The translations under genes and the position numbers were made by a program. The notes under the pieces were generated by a model, which did no database searches, had not been told where the DNA came from, and worked only from the letters and a program-made list of their open reading frames with translations. A stretch of DNA of 64,000 bases from Blepharisma stoltei ATCC 30299 (lineage: Eukaryota; Protista; Ciliophora), in assembly GCA_965603825.1 (NCBI GenBank), contig CBFDEM010000035.1:496001-560000 (forward strand). Direction: 5' to 3'. Of the stretch, positions 51,523 through 62,175 are shown in pieces (position 1 is the stretch's first letter; each line of letters opens with the position of its first letter).

Positions 51523-52491
51523 ATGCAAGCATTAGCGAGTTATATTGTTAGGCCACAAAGAGAAGTATACCAGATCGCAGACTTAGGCCATAAACAGTTT
51601 TCATTAGGAAAAACTTGATACCAAAGGAGAGATTTTCAATTAGTTAGCATCCGAGGAATTTTGCAGTGTAGCTGATTCGACTCAATAAAGCAAGATCCTA
51701 AAAAATGTGTGATTTATTGTCATGGCAACTGTGGCTGTAGAATTGATTCTTTCGATATATTAGAGCACATCCTCAAACACAGAATGTCATTAGTTTGTTT
51801 TGACTTTGGAGGCTGTGGACTCTCTGAAGGCGACTATGTCTCTTTAGGCTTTTATGAAAAAAATGATATAAAAACTGTTGTAAAATATGTGCAAGAAAGT
51901 GGAAGAGCAACTTCAATTGGAATATGAGGAAGAAGTATGGGAGCTGTTGCGGCAATTCTATATTCAGAAAGTATGGCAAATGCTCCGCCTTTAGTGTTGG
52001 ATTCGCCTTTCTGCTGTTTAAATGATGTAATTGATGATATGATAGGCCGATATAAGCTAATACCAAGAATTCTTAAAGATTTTATATTAGAAAAAATCTC
52101 GAAAATTATTAAAGACACAGCTTTATTTGATCTAGAAAACATAAAGCCGCTATTAGTTGTAAAAAAATGCCACAATTATGCAGTTTTTATTCATTCATTC
52201 GAAGATAAATTAATAAACTATGATCATTCTCAAAAACTATACCAAGATTGAGCAGGTCCTAAGCATTTTTTAACTGTAAATGGCCATCACAATAGTTTAA
52301 GAGACCCAACCACAATTTTGAGAGCTTTAACTTTATTAGAATCAATGATGGGTATAGATCCAAACGATGATGATGGATCATCAACAGAGAGAAGGGCCCC
52401 ACCTGAATTTTCTAAAAAAGCAAACAGATTAATACGCCATAGAAGATATCAAAGTGAAGGTGACCCGAAAAATTTTGTTTCTATTAAATAA
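51523..52491 (+). CDS. Alpha/beta hydrolase, 322 aa
   Basis: IVRPQR.Y...DLG, VIYCHGNCGCR, FDFGGCGLSEGDYVSLG, nucleophile I-W-GRSMG (W=TGA), LVLDSPF, G.HNS.R. Four TGA=Trp codons. Confidence 0.9.
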
Positions 52492-52492
52492 A

Positions 52493-53101
52493 TTATTTTT
52501 CAATTTTTTTTGATTCTCTTATTTGCGCTCTTATCTCCGTCAGAAATTTTGGCTCAATCGGAATTGTTAGAGGTCTTGTACTTTTCATTGGCGGCATTGG
52601 GGGCGCTTGCTCAGGCAATGGTCTAGCTTTAAACACAGCGCTTTTTCTTATGTCCTCAATTTCTTTAATTTCTTTTTCCTTATCAGTTTTTTCTTTATTT
52701 ATTTTGATTTTTTCTTGTAGAGCTTTGATCATTTCATTATATTTCTCTCGTTTTGCATTCCGAATTTCACTATGAAGAATTATAGAAATAGGCTTCGTTG
52801 ATTCTTTAGTGCTTAAATGAATCGATGGGGGTGGAAAAGAAGGCATCGGAAGAGCTTTGAATGGTTTTAATTGAGATATTTTTATATTAGTACTTAAAGG
52901 ACAGTGCAATGACCTTTCAGCACAGTGATGAGGAATACCAATCAGATTTTTATCAATATTTTCAGAAATAGATTTTGATGACTTGTTTAAAGATCTTATA
53001 GCAGCACATGATTCTTCGTCAATGATTTTGCACTTCTTGGAGACAGAAATACATAAACTTTTGCTAAATTTTCTTTTAAAAACAGATTTCTCTTCTTCCA
53101 T
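52493..53101 (-). CDS. TPX2-like microtubule-associated protein (~202 aa)
   Basis: PFKALPMP..., STKPISI.LHSE.R, VFKARPLP....KSTRPLTIP.EPKF.TE.RA; first ATG at 53101. Confidence 0.7.
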   Translation of the reverse strand: MEEEKSVFKRKFSKSLCISVSKKCKIIDEESCAAIRSLNKSSKSISENIDKNLIGIPHHCAERSLHCPLSTNIKISQLKPFKALPMPSFPPPSIHLSTKESTKPISIILHSEIRNAKREKYNEMIKALQEKIKINKEKTDKEKEIKEIEDIRKSAVFKARPLPEQAPPMPPMKSTRPLTIPIEPKFLTEIRAQIRESKKIEK

Positions 53102-53172
53102 TTTAAATTTAAATCCTTTCAAACTTAATCTAAATTTGATAAATCTAAGGAATTAATTAATCAACGATAAAT

Positions 53173-53442
53173 TTATCCAGCCTTAAATAGAAGTATTGAA
53201 ATCTGTCCATATGTGAAATAAATTACTCTCCCTTCTTCATTCGACACAAAAGCTCCAAAATTATTTCCAACTATGCAATGCCAGCTCCCAAAATACCTTT
53301 TTTCAAAGTCCTTTTTTAATTCTTTTGCAATTTCAAGACTAGTAGATTTTTTCTCAATAAATCCAGCAGCAAACTCAATAGCAGCTATCTGCATATCCTG
53401 AGGAGCATCTGAGTAGTGCATTTGCAATTTTCGATCGACCAT
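53173..53442 (-). CDS. Dynein light chain LC8 family, 89 aa
   Basis: EIAKELKKDFEKRYFGSWHCIVGNNFGAFVS....IYF....ILLFKAG. Confidence 0.92.
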   Translation of the reverse strand: MVDRKLQMHYSDAPQDMQIAAIEFAAGFIEKKSTSLEIAKELKKDFEKRYFGSWHCIVGNNFGAFVSNEEGRVIYFTYGQISILLFKAG

Positions 53443-53476
53443 TTAATTTTTATATGTAACTTGCAATTATTCTTTA

Positions 53477-54310
53477 ATGGATCGGTCTCTCCCTTCAGCC
53501 AACAAGATTCTATATAAGAAGTGGCAATCAGACGATAAGGAAAAGCATTACAGGCACCTCAGAGATGCTCGGCCAATTGTTGATATTAAAACTCCTGGTA
53601 ACTTCAGCCATATCAAAAATAAAGCCAAGCGAGATCAATTATTAGAAGGTTAAATCTATACAGATCGCTTTACGGAGATTGAAAGAGAAAACAGGATTCT
53701 CCTTGAAAAAATGCACAATATTTTTCAGACCAAAAAATCTGTTGGCATCAAAAAAAATCAAAAAGGATCATTGAACTTTGGCTACAGAAAAAAGGTTATG
53801 AATCAAATTAATACAGAAAATAGGCAGCTGCTGGCAAGGTTAAAAAATAAATCGTCATGCTATAGCGCAAGAGAGTGGGAAAAAGACAGAAAAAATACAG
53901 AAAAAAGATTAAGAAGTATGGGAGAGTATCCATATCTGATAGGGAATAGAGGAAACAGCTCTTTGAAGCCTCATAGAATTCCGCCTCCACCGTCTGGTAT
54001 CAGCTTAGTTTTCAAGCGAGAAATTCCGATCAGAGGAAGATGGTTTGTAATTGAGATTTTTAAAATGAGCTCTATGGTAAAAATAAAAGTTGAAGATATT
54101 GAGGATGGTGAAACTTTTAGCTTGAAATTAAGATTAACTGACGCTTATGATATTATGGGCGGAGTTCCTAACTGGGAAGCCATAATTCGACAGCTTGACT
54201 TAGAAAACGGTGAGCTAGTGCTATACCAGGCTCAAGAAAACTCATTTTCTGGCTTTGGATATACAAATAAGACAATTGGACATATTGATCTCGAGGACTT
54301 ATATGGTTAA
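53477..54310 (+). CDS. CFAP97/KIAA1430-family ciliary protein, 272 aa; intron 53649-53663
   Basis: H..HL..ARP.VD.K.P...H....K..QLLE|DRFTEIERENRILLEKM and I..EN..LL.RL....S.Y....WE.D. Confidence 0.8.
53649..53663 (+). other. 15-nt intron
   Basis: GTTAAATCTATACAG, removes an in-frame TAA. Confidence 0.9.
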
Positions 54311-54319
54311 TCTTAATAA

Positions 54320-55297
54320 ATGGAATCTTTTTTAATCCTATTAGAGACTCCTCCAAACATAAACCTCCATTTAGACAACCTAGCACTAAAAACAGGAAGT
54401 CTATTTAAAGGGGTAAAATCAATTCCTACAGGCGCTCACTATTTATTTTACAATTTTGAAGGCGGGACAAAGTCAGGTTTCTTTTTCTATGCAGAAGAAA
54501 GAAAAGCAACAATTAAAAAATGAGACCCACAGACAGAAAATTTTAGTAAAGTCAGCACAGAAGATGAAGAAATATATGAAAGCAATATAAGGGAATTTGA
54601 TGTACTTTTAGTTGAATATCCCAATATGAATTATCAAATCTGGCAACTTTTGGCATGCTATATTAACTCAGAAGTAATCGGAAAAATTGAACCTATCAGC
54701 AATATAATCAGCCAGATTAATGAAGAATATTCAACGTCTGAAGAAAACCTTGAAAAATTTTCGATTGTGAAAGGATCGTTATTTTATACACATATCCCAA
54801 AATCAATAGCAAAACCAAACATAACCCCTGAAGAAATCACACAGATGAATTTTGATAAATCCTTTATCCTTTATGATCTACTTAACAAGGATTTCCAAAA
54901 TCCAGAAAATCTGCTTGGAGAACTCCAATTTTCATTTTTAGCATTTTTACTTGGCGATTCACTTGAAAGCTTTTATCAATGGAAAAATATTTTGATTTTG
55001 CTTTGCAACTGCGAGTCTGCATTATTGCAAATCCCATCTTTTTTTGAGAAATTTATCCCAGCCTTCTACTCCCAACTCCAATCAATATCTCAGGACTTAT
55101 TTACAGACGACCTAATAGGCCCTAATTTTTTATCTTCATGCCTTCGGTCCTTCCTCAGTCTTCTCCACAATAAAAATCTCCCACCTTCAGTATATACCCG
55201 CGGCAAAAAATTCAAAAAGCTTGTAAAATCTATGTTAAAAATATCAGAATTCGAAATGTGTGAAGACGAAGAAGCTCCTATAATAGTTGAGATTTAA
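54320..55297 (+). CDS. AAR2: U5 snRNP assembly factor AAR2, 325 aa
   Basis: FKGVKSIPTGAHYL, KK-W-DPQTE (W=TGA), EITQMNFDKS, LLGELQFSFLAFL.G......QWK.IL.LLC, EDEEAP.IVE. Confidence 0.92.
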
Positions 55298-55321
55298 TTA
55301 CTCTGATTAAATTAATTCACA

Positions 55322-55861
55322 TTAGTACAGAGTTTTTTTCCCTTTATATGCATAGCTTCTTTTTAACGTCACATCAGGCACAGCCAATCTTGGCAAGTTA
55401 ATCCCTACTTGAAAATCGTCCACAGAAGAGCATAACGATAAGATGCTTTCGCAGTGTGGCTTTATAGGCTTAGCTTGAAGTTCTCGTTTCGGGCCAATTA
55501 TTTTTGGTATGCAAATGCTGTCTCCTATGCTGTCTACTGTGCTTGCAGTTTTGTCTGAATTTTTTTCATCACTTACAATCCTTAATAGACTTTGCTCAGA
55601 TATGCCCAGGTCTTGTAAAGTACCTGCGTTTGGAAGAAGTTTTCCGTCCAGCTTAAGCTGAATTTTATCACCTGGAAGCATTGCTTTCAGATGGGAAATA
55701 GGCATATCGAAAGTAACCTTCAAAGAGAAAATTTGATTATTAGACTCAGAGTAAACTGAAACTGTGTTTTTACGTATAGCACGTTTTCCTGCGGTTCCTG
55801 GGGTTGGCTTGATCCGTTGAGTTGTATTGGGAGGGCTTTGAATAGAAGGCGTTTGTCCCAT
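55322..55861 (-). CDS. Ubiquitin-like-domain protein, possible N-myristoylation, 179 aa
   Basis: MGQTPS start; L.LDGKLL....TLQDLGI..SLLRIV. Confidence 0.65.
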   Translation of the reverse strand: MGQTPSIQSPPNTTQRIKPTPGTAGKRAIRKNTVSVYSESNNQIFSLKVTFDMPISHLKAMLPGDKIQLKLDGKLLPNAGTLQDLGISEQSLLRIVSDEKNSDKTASTVDSIGDSICIPKIIGPKRELQAKPIKPHCESILSLCSSVDDFQVGINLPRLAVPDVTLKRSYAYKGKKTLY

Positions 55862-56194
55862 TATCGATAATAATTATCACGTTTAGTTATATTTTAGGGA
55901 GAATATTAAAAATTTTCAGTTTTTTATATAAAATTAATAGTAGCTGCATGTGGCTGGGGTAATAAGGCTTGATAATTCTATTGATTTGTAATAAAGAATC
56001 CATTTATCATTTAATTTTGAATTGTTATCATAATGAAAAATAATAGAATTATAATTATTGTGCATAATAAACAGACTTAATTTATTATTTCCCAATTTTT
56101 AATATTCCTGATTACATCAAAGTTACCCCTAGTCTTAACGTCCTAGCTCATCTTTATTAAAATTGCAAATTTCATATAATTCGAACTTGCCAAC

Positions 56195-57601
56195 ATGGAA
56201 GACTCATCAGAGAGCTACCCAATAAAAATCAGATCTGTCAATTCTACCCAATTTGAACTATTCGTGACTTCAGACACCAAAGTCTCAGATTTAAAATCAA
56301 TGATAAAGCAACAAACCCAAATCCCTGAAGATCAACAAAGGGTCATTTATAGAGGCAAACTTTTAAAGAATACAGAATCTATAGGGACTTATAAAATAGA
56401 GCGAGGACATGTCATTCAGCTTGCAGCTGGAAGAATTGTCCAAGAGCCTCCAGCACCAGAAGTAGAAGAGCCAAGATCAGACACTTTAGGAGACATTTTA
56501 AGACTTGCGTTAGAAACTAACCCAGCTTCACTGCTAAACCGCAGGAGGAGGCGGTATCATAGAAGAAGAGAAATCGATGCCAATGAAAGACTTGAAGCTA
56601 TTAAACAAAACTTGCAGACTATTGAAGGAATGCTACAATCAATGAATAACACTGTAAATGAAGGAGAAATTCAAGGCTTTGATAACAACAGGCGACAATT
56701 TGTGAGGGGGCAGTGACTCGACGTAAAAGATACAGTCGATCAGTGGCTTGAGGCACAAATAATTGACATCCAAAACACCTCCCAAGGCACAATGGCTTAT
56801 TTCCATTATAACGGCTGGCCAACGCGCTGGGATGAATGAATAAATATATCGTCTCCAAGAATCCAGCCTCTTCACGCCCATACATTACAATCAATAATAT
56901 CCCCAATGCATTCTCCATTCCCCGTAATCCCGATAGACGCAGAAAATGCCCGTGCTTCCGGTCCTTACGATATCAACGAGTTTATCCTTCAAACATCCTC
57001 TCTATTAGAACAAATAAAAGGCATGATGGAACGCTACTATTCTTTAACTACCATTCTAAGGCATGAAAGAGCTGGAGAAAGAGTCGGCCCAATGCGAGAA
57101 AGACTAAGTATGCTGGAAAATAGGCTTGAAGAAGAAAAAGATTGGTCTCAAGACCCTCACGTCACAAATTCTGAAGCCACCATTGGAAGTGATGTAGAAG
57201 ATTCTTTAAGTATGGAGCTTGAAGAAAGCTTTGAAAGCAGAGAAACTGAAATGACGACTGAACAAGAATTAATGCTTCTGACTGCACAATTAGCACCATT
57301 ACTTGATAGGACTGGAAGACTTCTGACTGATCTTGCAGCGATTATTGGAGGGACTGTGCAGAGACCTCCTGATGATGCAGCCTCAGTATCGTCAAGTCTG
57401 ATCACAAATGAAAGTGGGATTAGCAATAATAGTGCTAGGCCGCCTTTACAAATTCCAGTTATGCCGACTCCAAGTGAGCTTGCATCGATTAATCCAAGAG
57501 TGTTTGGGCCAGATATTGATATTCATATACATGCGATTTTTCCACAGAGAGGGCAGGAGCAAGAACAAGAGAGAACTCCTTGTTGGAGACAATTATCATA
57601 A
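56195..57601 (+). CDS. UBL (BAG6/Scythe-like N-terminus) + Tudor/chromo-barrel-like protein, 468 aa
   Basis: IPEDQQRVIYRGKLL; GQ-W-LDVKDTVDQWLEAQI...HYNGWPTRWDE-W-I (two TGA=Trp); in frame to TAA 57601. Confidence 0.8.
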
Positions 57602-57721
57602 TCTGCTAAAAAATTATTAAAATTATCTGTATTCAGCTACTATAAAAGTGCAAAAAAAATCGTTTTTCTTAGAAAATAGGCTGTTATTCTTTTACTAATT
57701 ATTTTAATTGCAGCTTAAATT

Positions 57722-58411
57722 CTAGGAAAATAAAACTATATAAAAACTGCAAGGCTCATCTTCAATAGTATATGGCTCTTTATCTGGGCAACTCTTTCCA
57801 TGCGAATTATGGCAGCCACAATGGTAAACTTTATCCAAATGACGTGGTAAAAATAGTTCCCTAACTGTTAATTCAGGATACATTATATATCATAAATCCG
57901 CTTCATTGAAAAATATATCAACTATAGGGCTTACATTGCCATACTGAATCATTTTTAAATCAGAGGTTTCTACAGTTTTGACAATTCTAATAGAAACTTG
58001 AAACATGCAAGAGATTTTAAATAAAATATTATAAGGCATAAAAGACTCAAATCCACAGATATTTTCAATGTTATCTTTAATGACTTTCAGTAAATCCCAA
58101 AATTCTTCATTATAAAATGATAAATTATCTAGAAAATTGATATCACGAGTGTTAATGATCTGCATTAAATGATTATAAGCATTTTCAATTGGTGCAGGTT
58201 GCCGCTGATTTAGTGATATAAGATCTGACAAGCATTTTATTAGGACCTGTTTTCTGTCATTATCATAATAAAGATAGCTCTCAATAACTCCTAAAATAAC
58301 ATGCAATGGGTCAGGCTCATTATCATTCTTATTTATCTCTCTATACATAATCATATCTCTATAAATATCAGGAAAGTTTTTGCCATAGATTTGTTTCCTT
58401 TCGTTTATCAT
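57722..58411 (-). CDS. Hypothetical protein, 229 aa, weak otubain (OTU C65)-like pattern
   Basis: Frame continues through TGA 57890-57892 to TAG 57722-57724. Confidence 0.6.
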
Positions 58412-58493
58412 TTATATAGAAACCAATCCAAAAAGAAAATATTTAACTCCTAATTCTTCGTTTAAGAATAAATAAATTAATTAAAGAAAATTC

Positions 58494-60653
58494 ATGTCTG
58501 AAGAAAAGCACAGAGGAAATAAAAAAACAAAATACAACAAAAGTCAAGAATTTTCACAAGACACCAGCCAGAGCTCATATAAAGTATTGAAAATAAGCAA
58601 AGACCACACAGATCGGCTAACAACTTTTATTAAAAGACATAGAAACGAGCTTCAAAGCAATTCAACAAATCGATCTCAAAGTCATTTTGACGATACCAAA
58701 ATGTTCGATCAAAGCTCATGCGACATTTATGAATCAATAAAGCATCTTGATGCTAAGCTGTATTCAAAGAAAATCAAAATAAACAGCAAAAAGCAAAACT
58801 GCTCCCCATCAGCTTCTCGCAGCATTTCTCCCAACCCATCAATCCCAAGGACCCCTAAAGAATTTATCACTGATATAAAGCGCCTACAAGAAACCTTGAA
58901 GGCAGATATAAACCAATCCTCATATTCCGCAAAAAGTGCAAGCTCCTATTCGTCTTTTATGATTTTAAAAAAAGCATATGAAAAGCTAGAAGGACTAGAA
59001 ATGCTCAGCAAGTCTCTTGATATTAGGAAAACCCAATTGGACGCAATGGAAAAAGAGCTCAGATCTAAAATGAAAAAGGTTAAAGATAAGGACGAGGATC
59101 TTGATAATAGAGAAATTACTATTGAAAAAATGAAAAGGATGGAACTGCAAATTGCTGAAAGAGAGCTTCAATTGAAAGAAAAAATGAGGAAGCTAGAAAA
59201 GAAAGAAGAGGAATTGTATGAAAATAATGAAAATCAGATAGAGTTTAGCAGAAATGAGAAAACTGGGGCAAGTTTTAAAGAAAATGAGGAGTTTGAGATT
59301 TATTCTGATATAATAACCCCAGCCTTTCAGGCAAGTGCTGCTCTCAAAAAAGAGCAAGACTACAGCACATTAGAAAGTGAGCTTAAAGAAGCAGCTTCAG
59401 AGCTAGAACAAAGGACTTTTGACTTGTTAAAAAGCGAAGAAAAGCTAGCAGAAAGAGAATCAATTTTATATGAGCAGCAGAAAGAGCTTAAACACAAAGA
59501 AAATGAACTAAAGAAAAAAGAAGCCAGCATATCAGATCTTGAAAATAAATATGCCGCACAGATTGATGAATTATCACACATTAAAGACTCAGAAAAAGCT
59601 CAATTATGCAGGATTGTTTTAGATGAAGTCATCTTAAAGGTTATTTCACAAAATCTTGAGAAACAAGCACATGAAATTGAAGCTGCAAAATTTGAGCAAC
59701 AAATAGCATCAGAAAAACTTCAATCAGAATTTGAGGAACTCCGGAAATTTAGAGAAAAGCTAGAAAATGAAGCTTCAAAACAGCTTGAAATCAAGCTAGA
59801 GCTGGATAAAAAAGAAAAAGAGCTTGACTTGCAAGAAAAAAGAATTACAGAACAAATAAGACTATTAGGGGAAGGAAAAGAAGACGAAGTTCTTAAAATG
59901 CAAGAAATTTTTATAAGTGAAAGAGAAAGTGCCTTACGAATTAAACAGCTGAAGCTATTAGAATACCAAGAAAGCCTAAAAGAGAGAGAAATTGAAATAA
60001 ATGAAAGAGAAAAAGAAATTTATTATGTAAGCTTAGAAGACTCATATAAGCAAAGAGAAAAAAATATAATTGAAAAAGAAAAAGAAATCGAGCTAAAATA
60101 TCGGCAACTTGAAACAGAATTTTTAGAAAAAGAAAAAAATATCAAATTGAGAGAAAAATTGTTAGCTGAACAAGAATCTGCAATAGAGCACAAAAGAACT
60201 AATGTTATCACTGGATGGGAAAATGTATTAAATAAATTCAAAAAAATCCAAAGGAATGATGAAAGCTCGTTTGAAGAAGAAGCCAAAAAGCTTAAAGAGC
60301 TAGAAAACTTGCTTAGGGAGAAGGAAGACGAAATGAATCAGAAAACTAAAAAACTGGATAAACTAGAAAAAAATATTGCAGCTGATGTATGTAATCTTAA
60401 AATAAGAGAAGAAGAAATTGAGGAAAGAGAAAAGGAGTGCAAAGAAAAGACGTTGATTCTGTTAAATAAAGAAAAATATTTGGAGCAAAAAGTAAAAGAA
60501 GTAAACAATTTGGTACTGCAACTTAATGATAATATAAGAAAAGCGAACCCTAGTCAGTCGCAGATTCAAAAAGATGAGTTTTTGGAAAATGCATTTGAAA
60601 CATGCCAGCCTGATAATAACCACAGATTGAGCAAGATTCTATTTGATATATAA
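58494..60653 (+). CDS. Long E/K-rich coiled-coil protein, 719 aa
   Basis: Uninterrupted ORF with extensive heptads. Confidence 0.85.
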   Translation: MSEEKHRGNKKTKYNKSQEFSQDTSQSSYKVLKISKDHTDRLTTFIKRHRNELQSNSTNRSQSHFDDTKMFDQSSCDIYESIKHLDAKLYSKKIKINSKKQNCSPSASRSISPNPSIPRTPKEFITDIKRLQETLKADINQSSYSAKSASSYSSFMILKKAYEKLEGLEMLSKSLDIRKTQLDAMEKELRSKMKKVKDKDEDLDNREITIEKMKRMELQIAERELQLKEKMRKLEKKEEELYENNENQIEFSRNEKTGASFKENEEFEIYSDIITPAFQASAALKKEQDYSTLESELKEAASELEQRTFDLLKSEEKLAERESILYEQQKELKHKENELKKKEASISDLENKYAAQIDELSHIKDSEKAQLCRIVLDEVILKVISQNLEKQAHEIEAAKFEQQIASEKLQSEFEELRKFREKLENEASKQLEIKLELDKKEKELDLQEKRITEQIRLLGEGKEDEVLKMQEIFISERESALRIKQLKLLEYQESLKEREIEINEREKEIYYVSLEDSYKQREKNIIEKEKEIELKYRQLETEFLEKEKNIKLREKLLAEQESAIEHKRTNVITGWENVLNKFKKIQRNDESSFEEEAKKLKELENLLREKEDEMNQKTKKLDKLEKNIAADVCNLKIREEEIEEREKECKEKTLILLNKEKYLEQKVKEVNNLVLQLNDNIRKANPSQSQIQKDEFLENAFETCQPDNNHRLSKILFDI

Positions 60654-60796
60654 GGAATTTTAACAGTTCTAATTTTTTCAATTTAAATTAAATTACCTTG
60701 TTTAATAAAAATCAAAACATTTTCTGAAACATATAATATATTATTGATTCAAGCTAAAAATATTTTTAATATAAGAAAGACGAATTAATTATCCTT

Positions 60797-62175
60797 CTAA
60801 AGGTCTTGCTCAAAGTTGAAGTTAAGTTTGATTGGGAGCTGGCTTAGAATTAGATCAGTTCTAATCTGTAGCTGGCTTGCCGTTTGCGAGTGGATTTGCC
60901 AAGTAGTGGTCGCGATAGCCTGATTATCCGTAGTTGTTGCTTTTAAGTTGCTGATTTTTAGAGTCTTTGCCAAGGGATAGGCGAAGTCAACAATAATGTT
61001 GGGAGAGACAAAGCTAAACTTGTACCCAATTGATTCAACTCTGCAGGAGTTTCCAGCTTGAGAAATTAAATCAGTGCATTTAAAACACGTAGAACTAGTT
61101 TGCAAGAAGTGCATGAATCACAAGCTAAATAAAAGTTACCTAAGCAGCTTGTAGAAGAGTCACTATTATAGAGGAAAAAGTTTGGATTGCATTGAGTGCA
61201 TACCTTGTCTGGTGTTCATTGTGCACAATCAAGAGGAGATTCTAAATAAAAATTACTTATGATGCTGCAACTTCGACTTGTCCAGCTTCTTGCGCCAATT
61301 ATTGCCACCCCGATGTTGGATGCTTGAGCTCAACACCTTGCCCATGCCCGATACTTTGCACATGCTTTGGAAATTATGGAGTGTGCACATCTTGCAACGA
61401 TCCAAATGGTGTCCTTGCAAATAATTGTCAATGTAAAACTAATTATGATCTCGAAGGACTTGCTTGTGTATTAAGTAGCATCAGAGCTATCATATAAAGT
61501 AACAATAGGCGAGTTTATACTAGCTTTTTTGAAGAATTGAATCTCATAATAGTATCCAATAATATGATATGCAATGCGAATTTCATTACCTGGATATATG
61601 GTATGAGTTAAAATTAAAGTTGAAAACTCTGGAGAAATAATTGTCCAAGTCCAAACGGATAGAGATTTGACAAAATAAAATACCAAAAATATTCATTTTC
61701 CTATGTAAAATATACCTGGGGGGGAAATAGGAACTGTCTTTCCTATCTTATCACCACGTCTTCAAAAATTATAATTTGTGGGATCACCATAAATAATTTT
61801 GACATAATAGGTAAAGTATCCAGAAGAATCTATCATGCCAACTGGAGTTGGATTTGCATCACTACCACCTTGCAAGTTCATTCAAATACTTACCCCATAC
61901 TCTAATGTGGAGGATGTAATGGCACTTACAATTCCATAGTCGAAAGCGCCAGAATTACGGGAACGATAAAGACCTTTACAAGTTACTTCTGATTCAGCTA
62001 TGCTCCCTCATGAAGTTTGGAAAGGCTCATTGTTATTAGAAGATAAGTCTTTGATCTTCCCATCTACTAGATTGTTTGGGGTAAAAACCCATTTTGCTAT
62101 AGGAGAATAAGCAGTAATACCAATGGAAAGACAGAAAATAACAAAGCATGCTTTTAGTTTGGTCAAGCTTGCCAT
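60797..62175 (-). pseudogene. Disrupted secreted LamG-like/Cys-rich surface protein gene: internal 212-bp inversion plus a 1-nt frameshift; introns 61701-61715, 61242-61256, 61125-61139
   Basis: Signal peptide MASLTKLKACFVIFCLSIGITA and LamG-like PIAKWVF/YGVSI-W-M/GK-W-IFLVF. The frame stops at TAA 61471-61473, Cys-rich coding lies on + at 61261-61470, and minus-strand coding resumes at 61241. The three introns match the consensus. Confidence 0.8.
61254..61477. other. Inverted coding segment bounded by 6-bp inverted repeats TACTTA (61254-61259) / TAAGTA (61472-61477)
   Basis: Re-inversion gives ...DSSDAT-YDAATSTCPASC...LACV-LKSPLDCAQ-W- in one frame, using intron 61242-61256. Confidence 0.9.

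Noticed and set aside
42-60286. Many antisense or alternative-frame ORFs in the track (e.g. 42-374, 1070-1486, 37311-37589, 41009-41374, 46606-46929, 59360-59581)
   Set aside because: They are shadows of well-supported overlapping genes and show no motifs.
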